Assembly (NCBI GenBank): GCA_965205015.1
Contig: OZ242029.1
Coordinates: forward strand, 2,688,001 to 2,752,000
Direction of reading: 5' to 3'
DNA length: 64,000 bases
DNA from: Candidatus Poribacteria bacterium
Lineage (GTDB): Bacteria; Poribacteria; WGA-4E; WGA-3G
The position numbers and the translations under genes were made by a program. How positions within the stretch are numbered: the stretch's first letter is position 1; each line of letters opens with the position of its first letter. Positions 27,549-39,208 of the stretch are shown here, one piece after another. Below the pieces are notes generated by a model. The model did no database searches, was not told the DNA's origin, and saw only the letters and a program-made list of their open reading frames with translations.

Positions 27549-28337
27549 ATGAAAAAAGGAATATGTATTGGGTCATTACCCGGTAATTCGACGGAGGCAC
27601 GATTTAAACTGGCGAAAGAAGCCGGTTTTGACGGCGTTGAAATCGGTACCCTCGTAAATGATGCTGACCGGTACGAGACGAAAGAGATCGCAACGCGGCA
27701 TCAATTGGAAGTGTTCAGTGTGATGAATAGCAAGCACTGGTCATGTCCACTTTCGGATGCAGATGACACGGTTCGTGCCGAATCGCGAGAAGGCATGCTT
27801 GACTCCATAGCGACGGCAACGGCTGTCGGTGCAGACGCGGTGTTACTCGTTCCTGCTGTTGTCAATGAAGCGACTCACTACGAAGCGGCGTATGAACGTT
27901 CACAGGCAGAAATTCGTAAACTGATTCCAGAGGCGTCAGAAAAAGGGATCACAATCGCTATTGAGAACGTTTGGAATAAATTTCTACTCAGTCCGATGGA
28001 ATTTTCACGGTATCTGGATGAATTTGAGGATGAGACGGTAACAGCCTATTTTGATGTCGGTAATATTGTACTTTACGGGTATCCACAACACTGGATCCGC
28101 TCTCTGGGTCGTCGGATTTCTAAAGTGCATATCAAAGGTTTCAACGCAAACGAGCAGCGATTCACGTATCTAATCGAAGACTGCACAATTGATTGGAACG
28201 CTGTCATGGCAGCCTTGGGAGATGTCGGGTATGATGACTACATGACTGCAGAGCTTCCCGTTGACGAAGACAATCCGGGGGGTCGGGTGCATGGTATCAG
28301 CGATGATATGGACAGGATTCTTGCGGGGAGCGTTTAG
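27549..28337 (+). CDS. Sugar phosphate isomerase/epimerase (xylose-isomerase-like TIM barrel)
   Basis: Motifs AGFDGVEI, IAIENVWNKFL, YFDVGN, VHIKG. Confidence 0.85.
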   Translation: MKKGICIGSLPGNSTEARFKLAKEAGFDGVEIGTLVNDADRYETKEIATRHQLEVFSVMNSKHWSCPLSDADDTVRAESREGMLDSIATATAVGADAVLLVPAVVNEATHYEAAYERSQAEIRKLIPEASEKGITIAIENVWNKFLLSPMEFSRYLDEFEDETVTAYFDVGNIVLYGYPQHWIRSLGRRISKVHIKGFNANEQRFTYLIEDCTIDWNAVMAALGDVGYDDYMTAELPVDEDNPGGRVHGISDDMDRILAGSV

Positions 28338-28385
28338 CACTAAACCCAAAAGGCTAACGCAATTGGAAAGTTCTTTAAAAAATAA

Positions 28386-29186
28386 ATGGAAATTATCATT
28401 CAACCGACTTATGCGCAACTTGTGGCGGTTTCAGCGGACATTATCCGAGACGCGCTTATAAAAAAGCCGAATCTCGTTTTGGGACTGGCTACGGGTAGCA
28501 CGCCGATCGGGCTTTATGAAGCCTTGGCACAGATGCACAAGAGAGAGGGACTCGATTTCTCAGCCGTGACGACTTTTAACTTAGATGAGTACGTCGGGAT
28601 TCCACCGAACCATCCGCATAGTTATCACACTTTCATGGAGACCCACTTTTTTAGCGCTGTTAATATCTCTGCCGAGAATCGCCATATTCCACAGAGTACG
28701 GCTGTCGCACACGAGGAATTTTGTGAGCAGTACGAAACCGCAATTGTAAACGCAGGTGGCATCGACATCCAAGTGCTCGGGATTGGAAAAGATGGGCACA
28801 TCGGTTTCAATGAACCGAGTTCATCTTTGGGATCTCGGACTCGCATCAAAACTTTGACGCAGAGTACGCTCGAGGCAAACGCGCCGCATTTCGGAGGGAC
28901 CGTGGCTGCAGTGCCCAAAATGGCGATTACGATGGGAGTAGGCACGATCATGGAAGCGCGACAGTGTCTGCTGCTGGCAAGTGGGGCATCGAAAGCGGAA
29001 GCGATTGCCCACGCGGTGGAGGGACCTATCACAGCGGAAGTACCAGCATCGGTGTTACAGATGCATCCCCGAGCGGTTGTCATCGTCGACGAAGAAGCGG
29101 CTTTGCAATTGAAACGCATAGATTATTATAAACAGGTTTATGCGAACAAGCAGAAACTGTTGTCTCAGGCATCAGCCGTCAGTTAA
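28386..29186 (+). CDS. nagB: Glucosamine-6-phosphate deaminase
   Basis: Motifs LGLATGSTP, TFNLDEYVG, LGIGKDGHIGFNEP, AITMGVGTI. Confidence 0.95.
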   Translation: MEIIIQPTYAQLVAVSADIIRDALIKKPNLVLGLATGSTPIGLYEALAQMHKREGLDFSAVTTFNLDEYVGIPPNHPHSYHTFMETHFFSAVNISAENRHIPQSTAVAHEEFCEQYETAIVNAGGIDIQVLGIGKDGHIGFNEPSSSLGSRTRIKTLTQSTLEANAPHFGGTVAAVPKMAITMGVGTIMEARQCLLLASGASKAEAIAHAVEGPITAEVPASVLQMHPRAVVIVDEEAALQLKRIDYYKQVYANKQKLLSQASAVS

Positions 29187-29190
29187 GAGG

Positions 29191-30684
29191 TTATCGTTTA
29201 ACGGAGGTTTCTTTTTGCTGATGGTTTCCGACGGCTGGCTGCTCTGCATCGGACAGACCGTACTCTTTTACTTTCCGTTGGATTGTTCGTCGACTCACTT
29301 TGAGAATTTCTGCGGCTTTTGCCTTGTTATTGTCTACAGATTCAAGCGTTGCGCGCAGTGCTTCCCGGTTAATCTCATCAAGCGACATACCAACCTCTAC
29401 ATTTAAGCGTTGCCCACCATTATCGGCACTCACTTGCCAAACATCAGGCACCGTAGGGGCTGGGTAACCCAGCCCGTACTTTGAAAACTCTGTTCCTGTT
29501 GCTTTGAGAATACGTTCCGGCAGGTGAATCTGCTGGATTGTCGATTGGTTAGACATAACAACCATGCCTTCAATACAGTTTTTCAATTCGCGGACATTTC
29601 CTGGCCAATCATATTTCATCAATGTCCGAACCGCCTCTGGTGCAATCGTAATGAGAGACTTACCGTTCTGTTGGCTAAACTCTTCAAGGAAATCTTTAAC
29701 GAGCAAGGGAACATCTTCAATACGTTCCTGAAGTGTTGGAAGGTAGATAGGCACTACGTTAAGCCGATCATAGAGATCTGGGAGGAATTCTCGACTTCTG
29801 GAAGCGGTTTCCAAATCGTGATTCGTGGCGCACACAACACGGACATCAACCTGAATTGTCTTGTCACCACCGACCCGTTCAAATTCACGTTCTTCGAGGA
29901 CCCGCAAAAGACGAGCTTGATTGGATAGACTGAGTTGCGAGACTTCGTCAAGAAATAGGGTACCCCCGTGTGCGAGTTCAAATCTTCCGATGCGTTGATG
30001 ATACGCGCCACTAAACGCCCCGCGTTCGTGACCAAAGAGTTCAGATTCTGCGAGGTTTTCGTTTAGCGTTGCACAATTGAAGGCAATAAGAGAACCGCGT
30101 CGCAAACTGCGATGATGGATCGCACGGGCGACCAATTCTTTTCCCGTACCCCGTGCACCGTATATCATTACAGTCGCTTTTGTCGGTGCGATCTGCGTAA
30201 TCATGTCGCGAATTTTCGTGATCTGAGGCGACTTGCCTGTGAGACGACGTAATCCTTCTTTCTCATCTATTTGTGATTGTAATTGCCGATTTTCAAAAGC
30301 GAGACGTTGGTTTTCGAGGGTCCTCTGCAAAAGTGCCGCCAGATGGACAGGATTCACCGGCTTCGGTAGAAAAAAGGTGTCTTTATATGCCAGCATCGCT
30401 TTGATCCCAATATCGGTTTCCAGGATGTTAGGTTCTGTAATAAAAATCACACCGACATCGGGTTGATGTTGTGCTGCAGCATCGAGCAGTGTCAATCCAT
30501 CAATCCGTTCCGCTCTCAATTGTGCGATAAGAATATCTACCTCGAGGTGCTCAATATGATGAAACGCTTGATACATATTTCCTGTAACGACGAGATGCAA
30601 CCCTTGACCTGCGAGTGTTTCACAAACAAGTTCTCGTTCCGTCCTGTCGGCATCTACAATAAGGACTGTTTTTTGCGTGTTCAT
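29191..30684 (-). CDS. Sigma54-dependent transcriptional activator (NtrC family) with atypical receiver domain
   Basis: Motifs GTGKELVARAIH, ESELFGHERGAFSGA, GGTLFLDE, WPGNVREL; C-terminal Fis-type HTH. Confidence 0.9.
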   Translation of the reverse strand: MNTQKTVLIVDADRTERELVCETLAGQGLHLVVTGNMYQAFHHIEHLEVDILIAQLRAERIDGLTLLDAAAQHQPDVGVIFITEPNILETDIGIKAMLAYKDTFFLPKPVNPVHLAALLQRTLENQRLAFENRQLQSQIDEKEGLRRLTGKSPQITKIRDMITQIAPTKATVMIYGARGTGKELVARAIHHRSLRRGSLIAFNCATLNENLAESELFGHERGAFSGAYHQRIGRFELAHGGTLFLDEVSQLSLSNQARLLRVLEEREFERVGGDKTIQVDVRVVCATNHDLETASRSREFLPDLYDRLNVVPIYLPTLQERIEDVPLLVKDFLEEFSQQNGKSLITIAPEAVRTLMKYDWPGNVRELKNCIEGMVVMSNQSTIQQIHLPERILKATGTEFSKYGLGYPAPTVPDVWQVSADNGGQRLNVEVGMSLDEINREALRATLESVDNNKAKAAEILKVSRRTIQRKVKEYGLSDAEQPAVGNHQQKETSVKR

Positions 30685-30952
30685 GGTCGGAGCACCTTCC
30701 AAAATCCCAGATTTTCCACTCAAGGCATTTTGTAAAAAAAATCTTTGTTTAAAATTGCAAATTCATGTAAACTATAAAATCATCAAAATCTTCAGTATAT
30801 TACGGTAGTCAATGCGTTACCCTCGTAGTACCTATAGACTCGACTGGCGTATTCCACAAGCCCGATCTTTTAGGATAGGGTCACTGACAATATACGATAG
30901 AATTATAATATCTGATACCCAGAATTTTATTTGCACTTTTTTGGAGGAATGA

Positions 30953-31600
30953 ATGGACAAAAAGCTCAGTTCTCTGTATAGACTCGGTGGCCTTACTGGT
31001 GGCTTGAGTGGCTTTCTCATGTTTGTTTCAAGTATTTGGTTTATTTTTGGTTTATCGACTCTTTCTTCGCTTCCATCAGAAGAACAACTTGAACTCATGG
31101 GAAGAATCGGAGTTTATCACGGAATAGGGGTCGTTTCAACCATTTTAATGGTGCCAATGCTATTAGCTGGATATGGTTTACTTTCTTCAGACGCTGGTTC
31201 CCGCAGTACTCTCGGAGCAAGCTTCGCTATCCCTTGGCTTATCATAGAATTGATAGCCCATTGTTCACAAACTGCTCCGTTAAACTCGCTCTCCGAACTT
31301 GCCGGTGAATCGACAACCGCGGCGATTAGCACGTCCTTCTACGCACTGTGGGCGGAGTGGGGTGAAGCACTTTTCATGACGGGTGCGTTCTTGTGTGCGC
31401 TTCTTGCAATTTGCTACGGTTCCGCGCTCCACTCGTGGGGGAATCCGGTTGCGGGTTATCTATTCTTTGCTTCAGGGATCGCCTTTCCAGTGGGGGCTCT
31501 TTTAGACTTCGGGATACAATTGCATGTGCTCATCCGGGGCATCGCGTTCCTGTTCTTTGCGGGTATCCTAATACAAGCACCAGATGAAGACGAGATATAG
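30953..31600 (+). CDS. Hypothetical integral membrane protein
   Basis: About 6 hydrophobic segments; GGAGG SD. Confidence 0.7.
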   Translation: MDKKLSSLYRLGGLTGGLSGFLMFVSSIWFIFGLSTLSSLPSEEQLELMGRIGVYHGIGVVSTILMVPMLLAGYGLLSSDAGSRSTLGASFAIPWLIIELIAHCSQTAPLNSLSELAGESTTAAISTSFYALWAEWGEALFMTGAFLCALLAICYGSALHSWGNPVAGYLFFASGIAFPVGALLDFGIQLHVLIRGIAFLFFAGILIQAPDEDEI

Positions 31601-31658
31601 TAGACGATAGCATTAAAACAACAGTCCTTTTCGCGTAAGGTTCTCATAGAACCTTACG

Positions 31659-32426
31659 CTATTCCTCGTCCTCATTTAGCAATCTCTCCAACTCTGCCAA
31701 GATATCTTCTTCGTCGCTGTCTGCCTCGGTGGTGTCTGCCTCGAGAGTCTCCAAATCGGATCGAAATTCTATAAGGTTGCTGAGATAACGTTCACGGGTA
31801 ATATTTTCTGCTTCACCGTGTTCCTCGCGTAAACATTCGCCACAGAACTCCCCGATCTGTTGAATTCCAGTATCGATATGTTGCAATGCTGTCGCTGTAT
31901 CGTCCTCTTGCAGGCTCAATTCTGCTTTGGCGATGCTGTGCATCATGAGCATGTAACCCTTGTACTGGTAACTCCGCCAAGCGATTTCGGATGGGGCACA
32001 GTCGCGTGCCAAATTTGTTACTGCCAGATTCATAGCAGTATCGCGCTGAACATCTTCCCAGCGTTTGATCCCTGCGAATAGGAGATAACGGGTATAACGA
32101 TGAAAAGATTCCTCAAAAAGGGTTTCCCATTCCTCCGACGCCAGTTGAAATCCCTCGCGGGTTCCGTGCTGTTCTTCATGCTCTCGTAACTTTGCGAAAA
32201 AGTAATCGTAATAGGACTCTACGCCGTGTGGACGCATACCATCGGGGCGACCGGTCGCGTAAATGCGCGAAATAGTGAAAGCATTGGGTTGTACGACGAC
32301 GACTTCCCTGCCATCTTCAATTTGTAGAACACTCACAGGACGTTCTGCATCAAGGTTTAGCGACTCAAGTATTCGGTCAAAGGTTTGAACCCACCGGGTG
32401 TTTCTCTGTATAGAATCATTCGCCAT
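31659..32426 (-). CDS. Conserved hypothetical protein (GRPDGxRPHG motif)
   Basis: Long ORF with SD. From recall, the motif resembles the N-terminal part of PVC-group 'UvrB/UvrC motif' proteins; function unknown. Confidence 0.6.
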   Translation of the reverse strand: MANDSIQRNTRWVQTFDRILESLNLDAERPVSVLQIEDGREVVVVQPNAFTISRIYATGRPDGMRPHGVESYYDYFFAKLREHEEQHGTREGFQLASEEWETLFEESFHRYTRYLLFAGIKRWEDVQRDTAMNLAVTNLARDCAPSEIAWRSYQYKGYMLMMHSIAKAELSLQEDDTATALQHIDTGIQQIGEFCGECLREEHGEAENITRERYLSNLIEFRSDLETLEADTTEADSDEEDILAELERLLNEDEE

Positions 32427-32469
32427 TGATATATCCTTTTTTTAATGGTTGTCAGTTGACCGAAGACCA

Positions 32470-35400
32470 TTAAAGCATCTGAAAATAATCTTGGAGTGGC
32501 GTGACTGTAATATCTCCTCGCTGCAACGCGTCAATGGCGTTAACAGCCGCAGCCGCACCGGGTATGGTTGAGAAGATCGGAATATCATGTGCTATCGCCA
32601 TCTCGCGAATTAGGAGTTCATTAGGACGGTGTAAGTCCCCGGTCGGCGTATTGATAATGAGATCTACGGCGTGATTTTTGATGTAATCATGAATCGTCGG
32701 TCTCCCTTTACCGATACTAAAAACCAGTTCTGACTCCATTCCATTGCGCAAAAGTACCTTTGCGGTTCCGTGTGTAGCGATAAGTTCGAAGCCCATATCC
32801 GTCAGTTTCTTGGCGATGAAGATAATGGCACGCTTGTCTTTGTTCCTCACACTGATGAAGACCTTACCGCTGAGCGGTAAAGTATAACCACACGCCTTTT
32901 GTGCCTTGGCAAAGGCGCGGGAAACATCAGTATCAATTCCCATAACCTCTCCAGTCGATTTCATCTCAGGCCCCAAGCGCGTGTTTGAACCCGGAAAGCG
33001 GTTAAAAGGAAATACCGGTGCTTTGACACTGAAATACGCGGGTTCAATTTCGTTCGTAAAGCCAAGTTCAGCGAGGGACTTGCCAGCCATCACACGTGCT
33101 GCGAGTTTTGCTAATGGCACACCAATGGCTTTACTCACAAATGGGATAGTTCTGGATGCCCGCGGATTCACCTCAAGCACATAAATCTCATCGTTTTTTA
33201 TGGCGTATTGGACGTTCATTAAGCCACGTACATGTAGTGCTTTCGCCAAGGCATAGGTGAAGGTTTTGAGATTTTCAATCTGTTCATCCACGAGCGTATA
33301 AGGCGGCAACACGCAATCACTGTCCCCTGAATGGATGCCAGCCTCCTCAATGTGCTCCATGATACCACCGATGACGGTCAGGTTTCCATCCGATATTGCA
33401 TCAACATCTACTTCAATCGCTTCTTCAAGGTATTTATCAATGAGTACAGGATGTTCAGGTGAAGCTTGAACAGCGGAGTGCATGTATTCGTGCAGGAGTT
33501 CTTCATCGTAAACGATCTGCATGGCGCGTCCGCCTAAAACATACGACGGACGAACGATAACAGGGTAGCCGAGTGCCGCTGCAATAGGGGCAGCTTCCTC
33601 ACTCGATGTCGCTGTTCCGTTAGGCGGTTGCATTAACCCGATGTCGTCTAAAACCGCTTTGAAAAGACGCCGATCCTCCGAACGCGCGATATCCTCAGGA
33701 CTCGTGCCGATAATCGGCACACCTGCATCTTTGAGCGCAATCGCAAGGTTCAACGGCGTCTGCCCACCGAATTGAACGATAACACCAGAAGGCTTCTCCT
33801 TGTGATAAATATTGAGCACGTCTTCACAGGTTAACGGTTCAAAGTAAAGCCGGTCGGAGGTGTCATAATCGGTACTAACGGTCTCTGGATTGCTGTTTAC
33901 CATGATGGTTTCATAACCATCGGCTTTGAGTGCGAGTGCGGCATGAACACAACAGTAGTCGAATTCGATCCCCTGGCCAATACGATTCGGACCCCCACCA
34001 AGTATCATGATTTTGGGTTTATCAGACGGACGCACCTCATCTTCACTCGAACAGGTCGAATAATAGTAAGGTGTTTCTGCTTCAAACTCCGCGGCACAAG
34101 TGTCAACCGTTTTGAAAGTCGCATCAACGCCGAGTCCCTTTCGACATTCACGGATGGTTTCTTCGGGAACGTCATAGATATCCCCGAGCTGCCGATCTGA
34201 AAATCCAAACTGCTTTGCTTGCTGGAGGAGTTTTCTCGTGAACTCTCCATCTGTTCCAGGTTTTTTTAAATGCTGATCGATGTGGTGTCGAGTATCGGAT
34301 TCGGACAAGGCGTTTTCAAAATCAACAATTTCCTTCATATTGTAGAGGAAAAATGGATCAATGTGTGTGTAAGCGTGAATTTCCTCAATGCTCATCCCAC
34401 GCGCAAGAGCTGCTTTAATATAAAAGATTCGTTTGACGTTCGGAATACTCAACTTGCTCGGTAGTTCAGAAAGTGGTAATTCCTCAAGTGGATGGTTATC
34501 TAAACCGTGCCATCCGGTCTCCAACGAGCGCAATCCTTTTTGTAACGCCTCTTTAAAGGTTCTTCCGATAGCCATTGCCTCGCCGACGGACTTCATCTGT
34601 GTTGTGAGCGTTTCATCGGTCCCTTGGAACTTTTCAAAAGCCCATCTCGGAATCTTGACGACCACATAATCGATAGTCGGCTCAAAGCAGGCAGGTGTTT
34701 CAGCAGTGATGTCGTTAGGGATCTCATCTAAATTATAGCCGACAGCGAGTTTTGCTGCGATTTTCGCAATTGGAAACCCGGTGGCTTTTGACGCAAGCGC
34801 GGAACTCCGGGAAACGCGAGGGTTCATCTCAATAACGACCTGTTTGCCAGTCTTTGGATCAACAGCAAATTGGATATTGGAACCGCCTGTGTCTACACCA
34901 ATCTCACGGATAATCTTAATCGCTGAGTCCCGCATCAGTTGATATTCTTTATCCGTCAATGTTTGGATAGGTGCGACGGTAATACTATCACCGGTGTGGA
35001 CTCCCATAGCATCGACATTTTCGATGGAGCATATTATGACGACGTTGTCTGCCCCATCGCGCATGACTTCCAACTCGAATTCCTTCCACCCGATGACGGA
35101 CTCTTCAATGAGCAGTTCGCTGATTGGACTCAGCGCAAGCCCTGATGCGACCATTTTTTCATATTCTTCGATGTTGTAAGCGATGCCGCCCCCTGTGCCA
35201 CCGAGCGTAAACGCAGGACGAATGATTGCAGGGAAGCCAATCTCTTGAACGAGCGCGAGTGCCTCTTGTACCGAGTGGGCAATGCCGCTTTGCGGAACTG
35301 CCAATCCGATTTCTGTCATCGCCTCTTTGAAGAGGGCGCGATCCTCTGCCTTTTGGATAGCAGGCAATTTCGCCCCAATGAGTTCAACTTCATATTTGTC

Positions 35401-35724
35401 TAATACACCAGATTCCGCGAGTTCAACAGACACGTTCAAAGCGGTTTGTCCACCGAGTGTTGGCAGCAATGCTTGCGGACGCTCCTTGGCGATTATAAGC
35501 TCTACTGTGTCCGCTGTAATTGGCTCAATGTAGGTCTGATCGGCGAAATCCGGATCGGTCATGATAGTGGCAGGATTGCTATTGACGAGGGTGATTTCGT
35601 ACCCTTCCTCTTTGAGAGCCTTACACGCCTGCGTCCCAGAATAATCAAACTCACAAGCCTGTCCAATGATAATGGCACCGGATCCGATAATTAATATTTT
35701 TCTTATATCTGTTCGTTTTGGCAT
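32470..35724 (-). CDS. carB: Carbamoyl-phosphate synthase large subunit
   Basis: MPKRTDI...[10 protein letters not shown]; duplicated ATP-grasp domains; C-terminal MGS domain. Confidence 0.98.
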   Translation of the reverse strand: MPKRTDIRKILIIGSGAIIIGQACEFDYSGTQACKALKEEGYEITLVNSNPATIMTDPDFADQTYIEPITADTVELIIAKERPQALLPTLGGQTALNVSVELAESGVLDKYEVELIGAKLPAIQKAEDRALFKEAMTEIGLAVPQSGIAHSVQEALALVQEIGFPAIIRPAFTLGGTGGGIAYNIEEYEKMVASGLALSPISELLIEESVIGWKEFELEVMRDGADNVVIICSIENVDAMGVHTGDSITVAPIQTLTDKEYQLMRDSAIKIIREIGVDTGGSNIQFAVDPKTGKQVVIEMNPRVSRSSALASKATGFPIAKIAAKLAVGYNLDEIPNDITAETPACFEPTIDYVVVKIPRWAFEKFQGTDETLTTQMKSVGEAMAIGRTFKEALQKGLRSLETGWHGLDNHPLEELPLSELPSKLSIPNVKRIFYIKAALARGMSIEEIHAYTHIDPFFLYNMKEIVDFENALSESDTRHHIDQHLKKPGTDGEFTRKLLQQAKQFGFSDRQLGDIYDVPEETIRECRKGLGVDATFKTVDTCAAEFEAETPYYYSTCSSEDEVRPSDKPKIMILGGGPNRIGQGIEFDYCCVHAALALKADGYETIMVNSNPETVSTDYDTSDRLYFEPLTCEDVLNIYHKEKPSGVIVQFGGQTPLNLAIALKDAGVPIIGTSPEDIARSEDRRLFKAVLDDIGLMQPPNGTATSSEEAAPIAAALGYPVIVRPSYVLGGRAMQIVYDEELLHEYMHSAVQASPEHPVLIDKYLEEAIEVDVDAISDGNLTVIGGIMEHIEEAGIHSGDSDCVLPPYTLVDEQIENLKTFTYALAKALHVRGLMNVQYAIKNDEIYVLEVNPRASRTIPFVSKAIGVPLAKLAARVMAGKSLAELGFTNEIEPAYFSVKAPVFPFNRFPGSNTRLGPEMKSTGEVMGIDTDVSRAFAKAQKACGYTLPLSGKVFISVRNKDKRAIIFIAKKLTDMGFELIATHGTAKVLLRNGMESELVFSIGKGRPTIHDYIKNHAVDLIINTPTGDLHRPNELLIREMAIAHDIPIFSTIPGAAAAVNAIDALQRGDITVTPLQDYFQML

Positions 35725-35869
35725 TTTTTAATTATCCGCAAAGCGTTAAACGAAATCGTTTGTTTATTCTCTATTTCTCTCATATCCGCCTGCCGAACCT
35801 GAGACTCGTCTCCGATACAATACTTAAAAGCACGAGTATCGGGTTCGGTTGTTGCAGGTTAAGGTATAA

Positions 35870-36958
35870 TTAAAAATCCATCATTTCTGTAAACCGCGAG
35901 AAGAGATAACTGGCATCGTGCGGACCCGGCGATGCCTCCGGATGATACTGCACAGAAAAGATGGGATATTCTCGATGTTGTATCCCTTCAAGTGTGTCAT
36001 CATTCAGATTGATGTGTGTAACGTCAACACTATTGGGGAGTGAATCGATATCAACGCAGAACCCATGATTTTGTGAGGTAATTTCGACTCGGTTCGTCTC
36101 AAGGTATTTGACGGGTTGGTTTGCACCCCGATGTCCAAATTTGAGTTTAAATGTCTTCCCGCCAAGCGCAAGTCCCAATAGTTGATGTCCTAAACAGATG
36201 CCGAAAAGCGGCTTTTTGCCTATTAGCGTTTGAATTGTCTGGATCGCATAGTCAACGGGCATCGGGTCCCCTGGACCATTTGAGAGAAATACACCATCTG
36301 GTTCCGCCGCGAGGATCTCTTCAGCGGATGTTCTCGCTGGTACGACTTGTACCTCGCAACCGTGTTCGGTCAGTTGGCGCAAAATGTTATATTTAATGCC
36401 GAAATCGAGGGCGATGACGCGATATTTAGGGTGGACGTTATTTTCCTCAATTTGTTGCCACGCATACGAACTCGGACACGTCACCCGTTGCACCAAGTCC
36501 CAGCCTACCAAACCGTGCCATGCTTTAGCTTTCGTGACAAGGTGCTCAGGATTCAGATCCTCCGTAGAGAGACATCCGTTCATCACCCCGTGAACACGAA
36601 GACGGCGGGTGAGTGCGCGGGTATCAATGCCTTGAATCCCAATAATATCGTGTTCAGCAAGGTAAGAATCCAAACTCCATTTTGAACGCCAATTGCTATA
36701 GTATGCACTGTATTCACGAACCACAAACCCTTCCACCTGTGGACCGATAGATTCTACATCCGCTTCGTTACAACCGTAATTGCCTATCAACGGGTATGTC
36801 ATCGTCACGATCTGTCCTTTGTAGGAGGGATCGGTCAAAACTTCCTGATAGCCCGTCATACTGGTATTAAAGACGACTTCACCGGCGGTTTCACCTGTCG
36901 CGCCGAACTGCTCGCCTTCAAAGACTGTCCCGTCCGCTAATGCGAGAATCGCTTTCAT
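35870..36958 (-). CDS. carA: Carbamoyl-phosphate synthase small subunit
   Basis: Motifs [39 protein letters not shown]. Confidence 0.98.
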   Translation of the reverse strand: MKAILALADGTVFEGEQFGATGETAGEVVFNTSMTGYQEVLTDPSYKGQIVTMTYPLIGNYGCNEADVESIGPQVEGFVVREYSAYYSNWRSKWSLDSYLAEHDIIGIQGIDTRALTRRLRVHGVMNGCLSTEDLNPEHLVTKAKAWHGLVGWDLVQRVTCPSSYAWQQIEENNVHPKYRVIALDFGIKYNILRQLTEHGCEVQVVPARTSAEEILAAEPDGVFLSNGPGDPMPVDYAIQTIQTLIGKKPLFGICLGHQLLGLALGGKTFKLKFGHRGANQPVKYLETNRVEITSQNHGFCVDIDSLPNSVDVTHINLNDDTLEGIQHREYPIFSVQYHPEASPGPHDASYLFSRFTEMMDF

Positions 36959-37042
36959 GTTTTTAATTTTCCTTGCGGTTCGTTCAGGCGGATTGCGTGA
37001 GGAACGGTCCTCTCCATATATCCGCCTGCGTGTTTTTGCGAA

Positions 37043-38410
37043 TCAACGCTGAATGCGCGTGTGGCATTCAGCGGGGTGTTTCTGCGTATTGTTGCAGGCT
37101 ACGTGCTTTTTATCGTGAGTTGGGGGCACTCCTATTCTGTTGCCCTCCCTGAGTGTAATCGCCTGCCACCCCTTAAGTTCCCAACCTCCGAAAGGAGTGT
37201 TTTGACTTTTTGAACGAGATTTTGTCACGTCAACCTGACTGACGAAGTCGGGATTAATTACTGTCACATCTCCGACTGCCCCCATAGAAAGGGTTCCACG
37301 ATTGATGCCGAGTATATTTGCTGGAATAGCGGTCATTTTTGAAATCGCCTCAGCCACAGTAAGGTGTCCCGGTTCGACGAGGGACGTAAACACCAGTGGC
37401 ACGCAAGTCTCCAGGCCGATAATTCCATTCGGTGCCGCAAGCATGCCTTGTGCCTTTTCTTGTGGGGTGTGCGGGGCGTGGTCAGTCGCGATTGCATCAA
37501 TTGTGCCATCGCGTAAGCCTTCAATAACGGCTTCAATATCAGTTTGGGTGCGCAATGGCGGATGCATCTTGGCATTCGTTCCCTGTTTTTCTATTTCCTT
37601 ATCGGTAAGGATCCAGTGATGTGGACATGCCTCGGCAGTCACATGGACCCCTCGGCGTTTTCCTTGACGTATCAATTCAACTGCCCCTGCCGTGCTCACA
37701 TGAAGAACATGTAGGTGTCCTCCTGTCATCTCTGCTAACATGATGTCACGAGCGACGATGATGTCCTCCGCAGCGTTCGGGCTTCCGATAAACCCCAATT
37801 TTCGAGACGTTTCTCCTAAATTCATGACGGCTCCTGCGTTGAGGTTGTGCTCTTCACAGTGAACCATGATTGGAAAATTGAGTTCCGCGCTCAAAGCGAG
37901 TGCGTCGCGCATAAGGGCGGCGTTCATGACAGTAACACCATCATCACTGAAGCCAATTGCGCCGGCGGCACGCATCCCACGCATATCCGTGAGTTCATCA
38001 CCCGCGAGATTTTTGGTAATACTTCCGAAAGGGAACACGTTTGTCTCCGCTGTCTCACGCGCGATGTCGTAAATCTGCTCAATCTTTTCGGGTGTGTCGA
38101 TAACGGGAGACGTGTTTGCCATACAAGCGACCGATGTGAACCCCCCTGCTGCAGCTGCAGCCGTGCCCGTCGCAATCGTCTCTTTATGTTCAAAACCGGG
38201 TTCACGCAGATGGACGTGCATATCGATGAATCCCGGTGTAACGATCAGCCCTGTTGCGTCATAGACAGTGGCGGGTGAAGATTCGGAAACGCGTTTTTCT
38301 CCACCACCGACCGCCTTAACTTTGCCGTTGACGATAGAAAGATTGCCAACTTCATCAATGTTGTTAGCGGGATCAATGATACGTCCGTTCGTGATAAATG
38401 CGTCGCTCAT
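37043..38410 (-). CDS. pyrC: Dihydroorotase (class I)
   Basis: Motifs PGFIDMHVHLREPG, ATDHAPH, SKSQNTPF. Confidence 0.95.
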   Translation of the reverse strand: MSDAFITNGRIIDPANNIDEVGNLSIVNGKVKAVGGGEKRVSESSPATVYDATGLIVTPGFIDMHVHLREPGFEHKETIATGTAAAAAGGFTSVACMANTSPVIDTPEKIEQIYDIARETAETNVFPFGSITKNLAGDELTDMRGMRAAGAIGFSDDGVTVMNAALMRDALALSAELNFPIMVHCEEHNLNAGAVMNLGETSRKLGFIGSPNAAEDIIVARDIMLAEMTGGHLHVLHVSTAGAVELIRQGKRRGVHVTAEACPHHWILTDKEIEKQGTNAKMHPPLRTQTDIEAVIEGLRDGTIDAIATDHAPHTPQEKAQGMLAAPNGIIGLETCVPLVFTSLVEPGHLTVAEAISKMTAIPANILGINRGTLSMGAVGDVTVINPDFVSQVDVTKSRSKSQNTPFGGWELKGWQAITLREGNRIGVPPTHDKKHVACNNTQKHPAECHTRIQR

Positions 38411-38961
38411 TCCTCGTCCTTTTCATAAATCACTGCCGAATCTACGCCACTCTCTTCGGCGAGTTTCACCCTGACGAACTCTTTTCGGGAGGTGGGAACA
38501 TTTTTACCGACATAATCGGAGGCAATTGGCAATTCGCGGTGGCCTCTATCAATCAGCGTCACCAATTGGATTGCAGCGGGACGACCGAAATCCATCAGCG
38601 CGTCCATTGCCGCCCGAACGGTCCGCCCGGTGTAGAGTACCTCATCGACTAAAATGACCCATTTTCCCTCAATCTCAAAAGGAATATCGGTACTGTTGAC
38701 TTGGGTGTGTGTCTCATGGAGATTGATATCATCACGGTAGAGGGTGACATCAATCGCGCCTACATCGACTTCAATATTTTCGATCCGCTCAAGGTTTTCG
38801 GCAATACGGTGTGCAAGAATATCCCCCCGACTTTTTACGCCGACGAGTACGAGATCGTCAATGTGTTTATGATTGTGCTCTAAAATCTCGTGGGCGATCC
38901 TGAGTAAGGCGCGACGAATTTCTTCAGTGTTCATGACTTGTGCTTTTTCACGCATTTGCAT
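38407..38961 (-). CDS. pyrR: Pyrimidine operon attenuation protein / UPRTase PyrR
   Basis: Motifs RIAHEILE, DVTLYRDD, LVDEVLYTGRT, DRGHRELPI, YVGKNVPT. Confidence 0.95.
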   Translation of the reverse strand: MQMREKAQVMNTEEIRRALLRIAHEILEHNHKHIDDLVLVGVKSRGDILAHRIAENLERIENIEVDVGAIDVTLYRDDINLHETHTQVNSTDIPFEIEGKWVILVDEVLYTGRTVRAAMDALMDFGRPAAIQLVTLIDRGHRELPIASDYVGKNVPTSRKEFVRVKLAEESGVDSAVIYEKDEE

Positions 38962-39000
38962 TTGTGTGTCCCGTATCAGTGTATCGCTTGCGTTTTGCTA

Positions 39001-39039
39001 ATAAAAAAAGCCTCTCCCGTCTAATGTGACGAGAAAGGC
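39001..39039 (-). terminator. Intrinsic terminator (attenuator) of the pyr leader
   Basis: Minus strand: GCCTTTCTCGTC acatta GACGGGAGAGGC followed by TTTTTTT. Confidence 0.85.
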
Positions 39040-39103
39040 GTCATCCAATCGATTCCAATGGACAGTCTACAGTATGATTCCAATTCAAATTGTGTTTTTG
39101 CAT

Positions 39104-39138
39104 CCTTTTTTCAACCTCTCTGGATTGGATTAAAAAGG
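39104..39138 (-). promoter_or_regulatory. PyrR-binding RNA hairpin
   Basis: Minus strand CCTTTTTAATCC AATCCAGAGAGGTT GAAAAAAGG matches the PyrR consensus ARUCCNGNGAGGYU. Confidence 0.88.
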
Positions 39139-39170
39139 GTTTTTGACATCAACGCTCTACTTCTTGCTAT

Positions 39171-39199
39171 ATTATACTACATTTGCGTGTTAATTGCAA
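39171..39199 (-). promoter_or_regulatory. Sigma70 promoter of the pyr operon
   Basis: TTGCAA-17 nt-TATAAT on the minus strand. Confidence 0.75.
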
Positions 39200-39208
39200 A
39201 CTTTTTTC

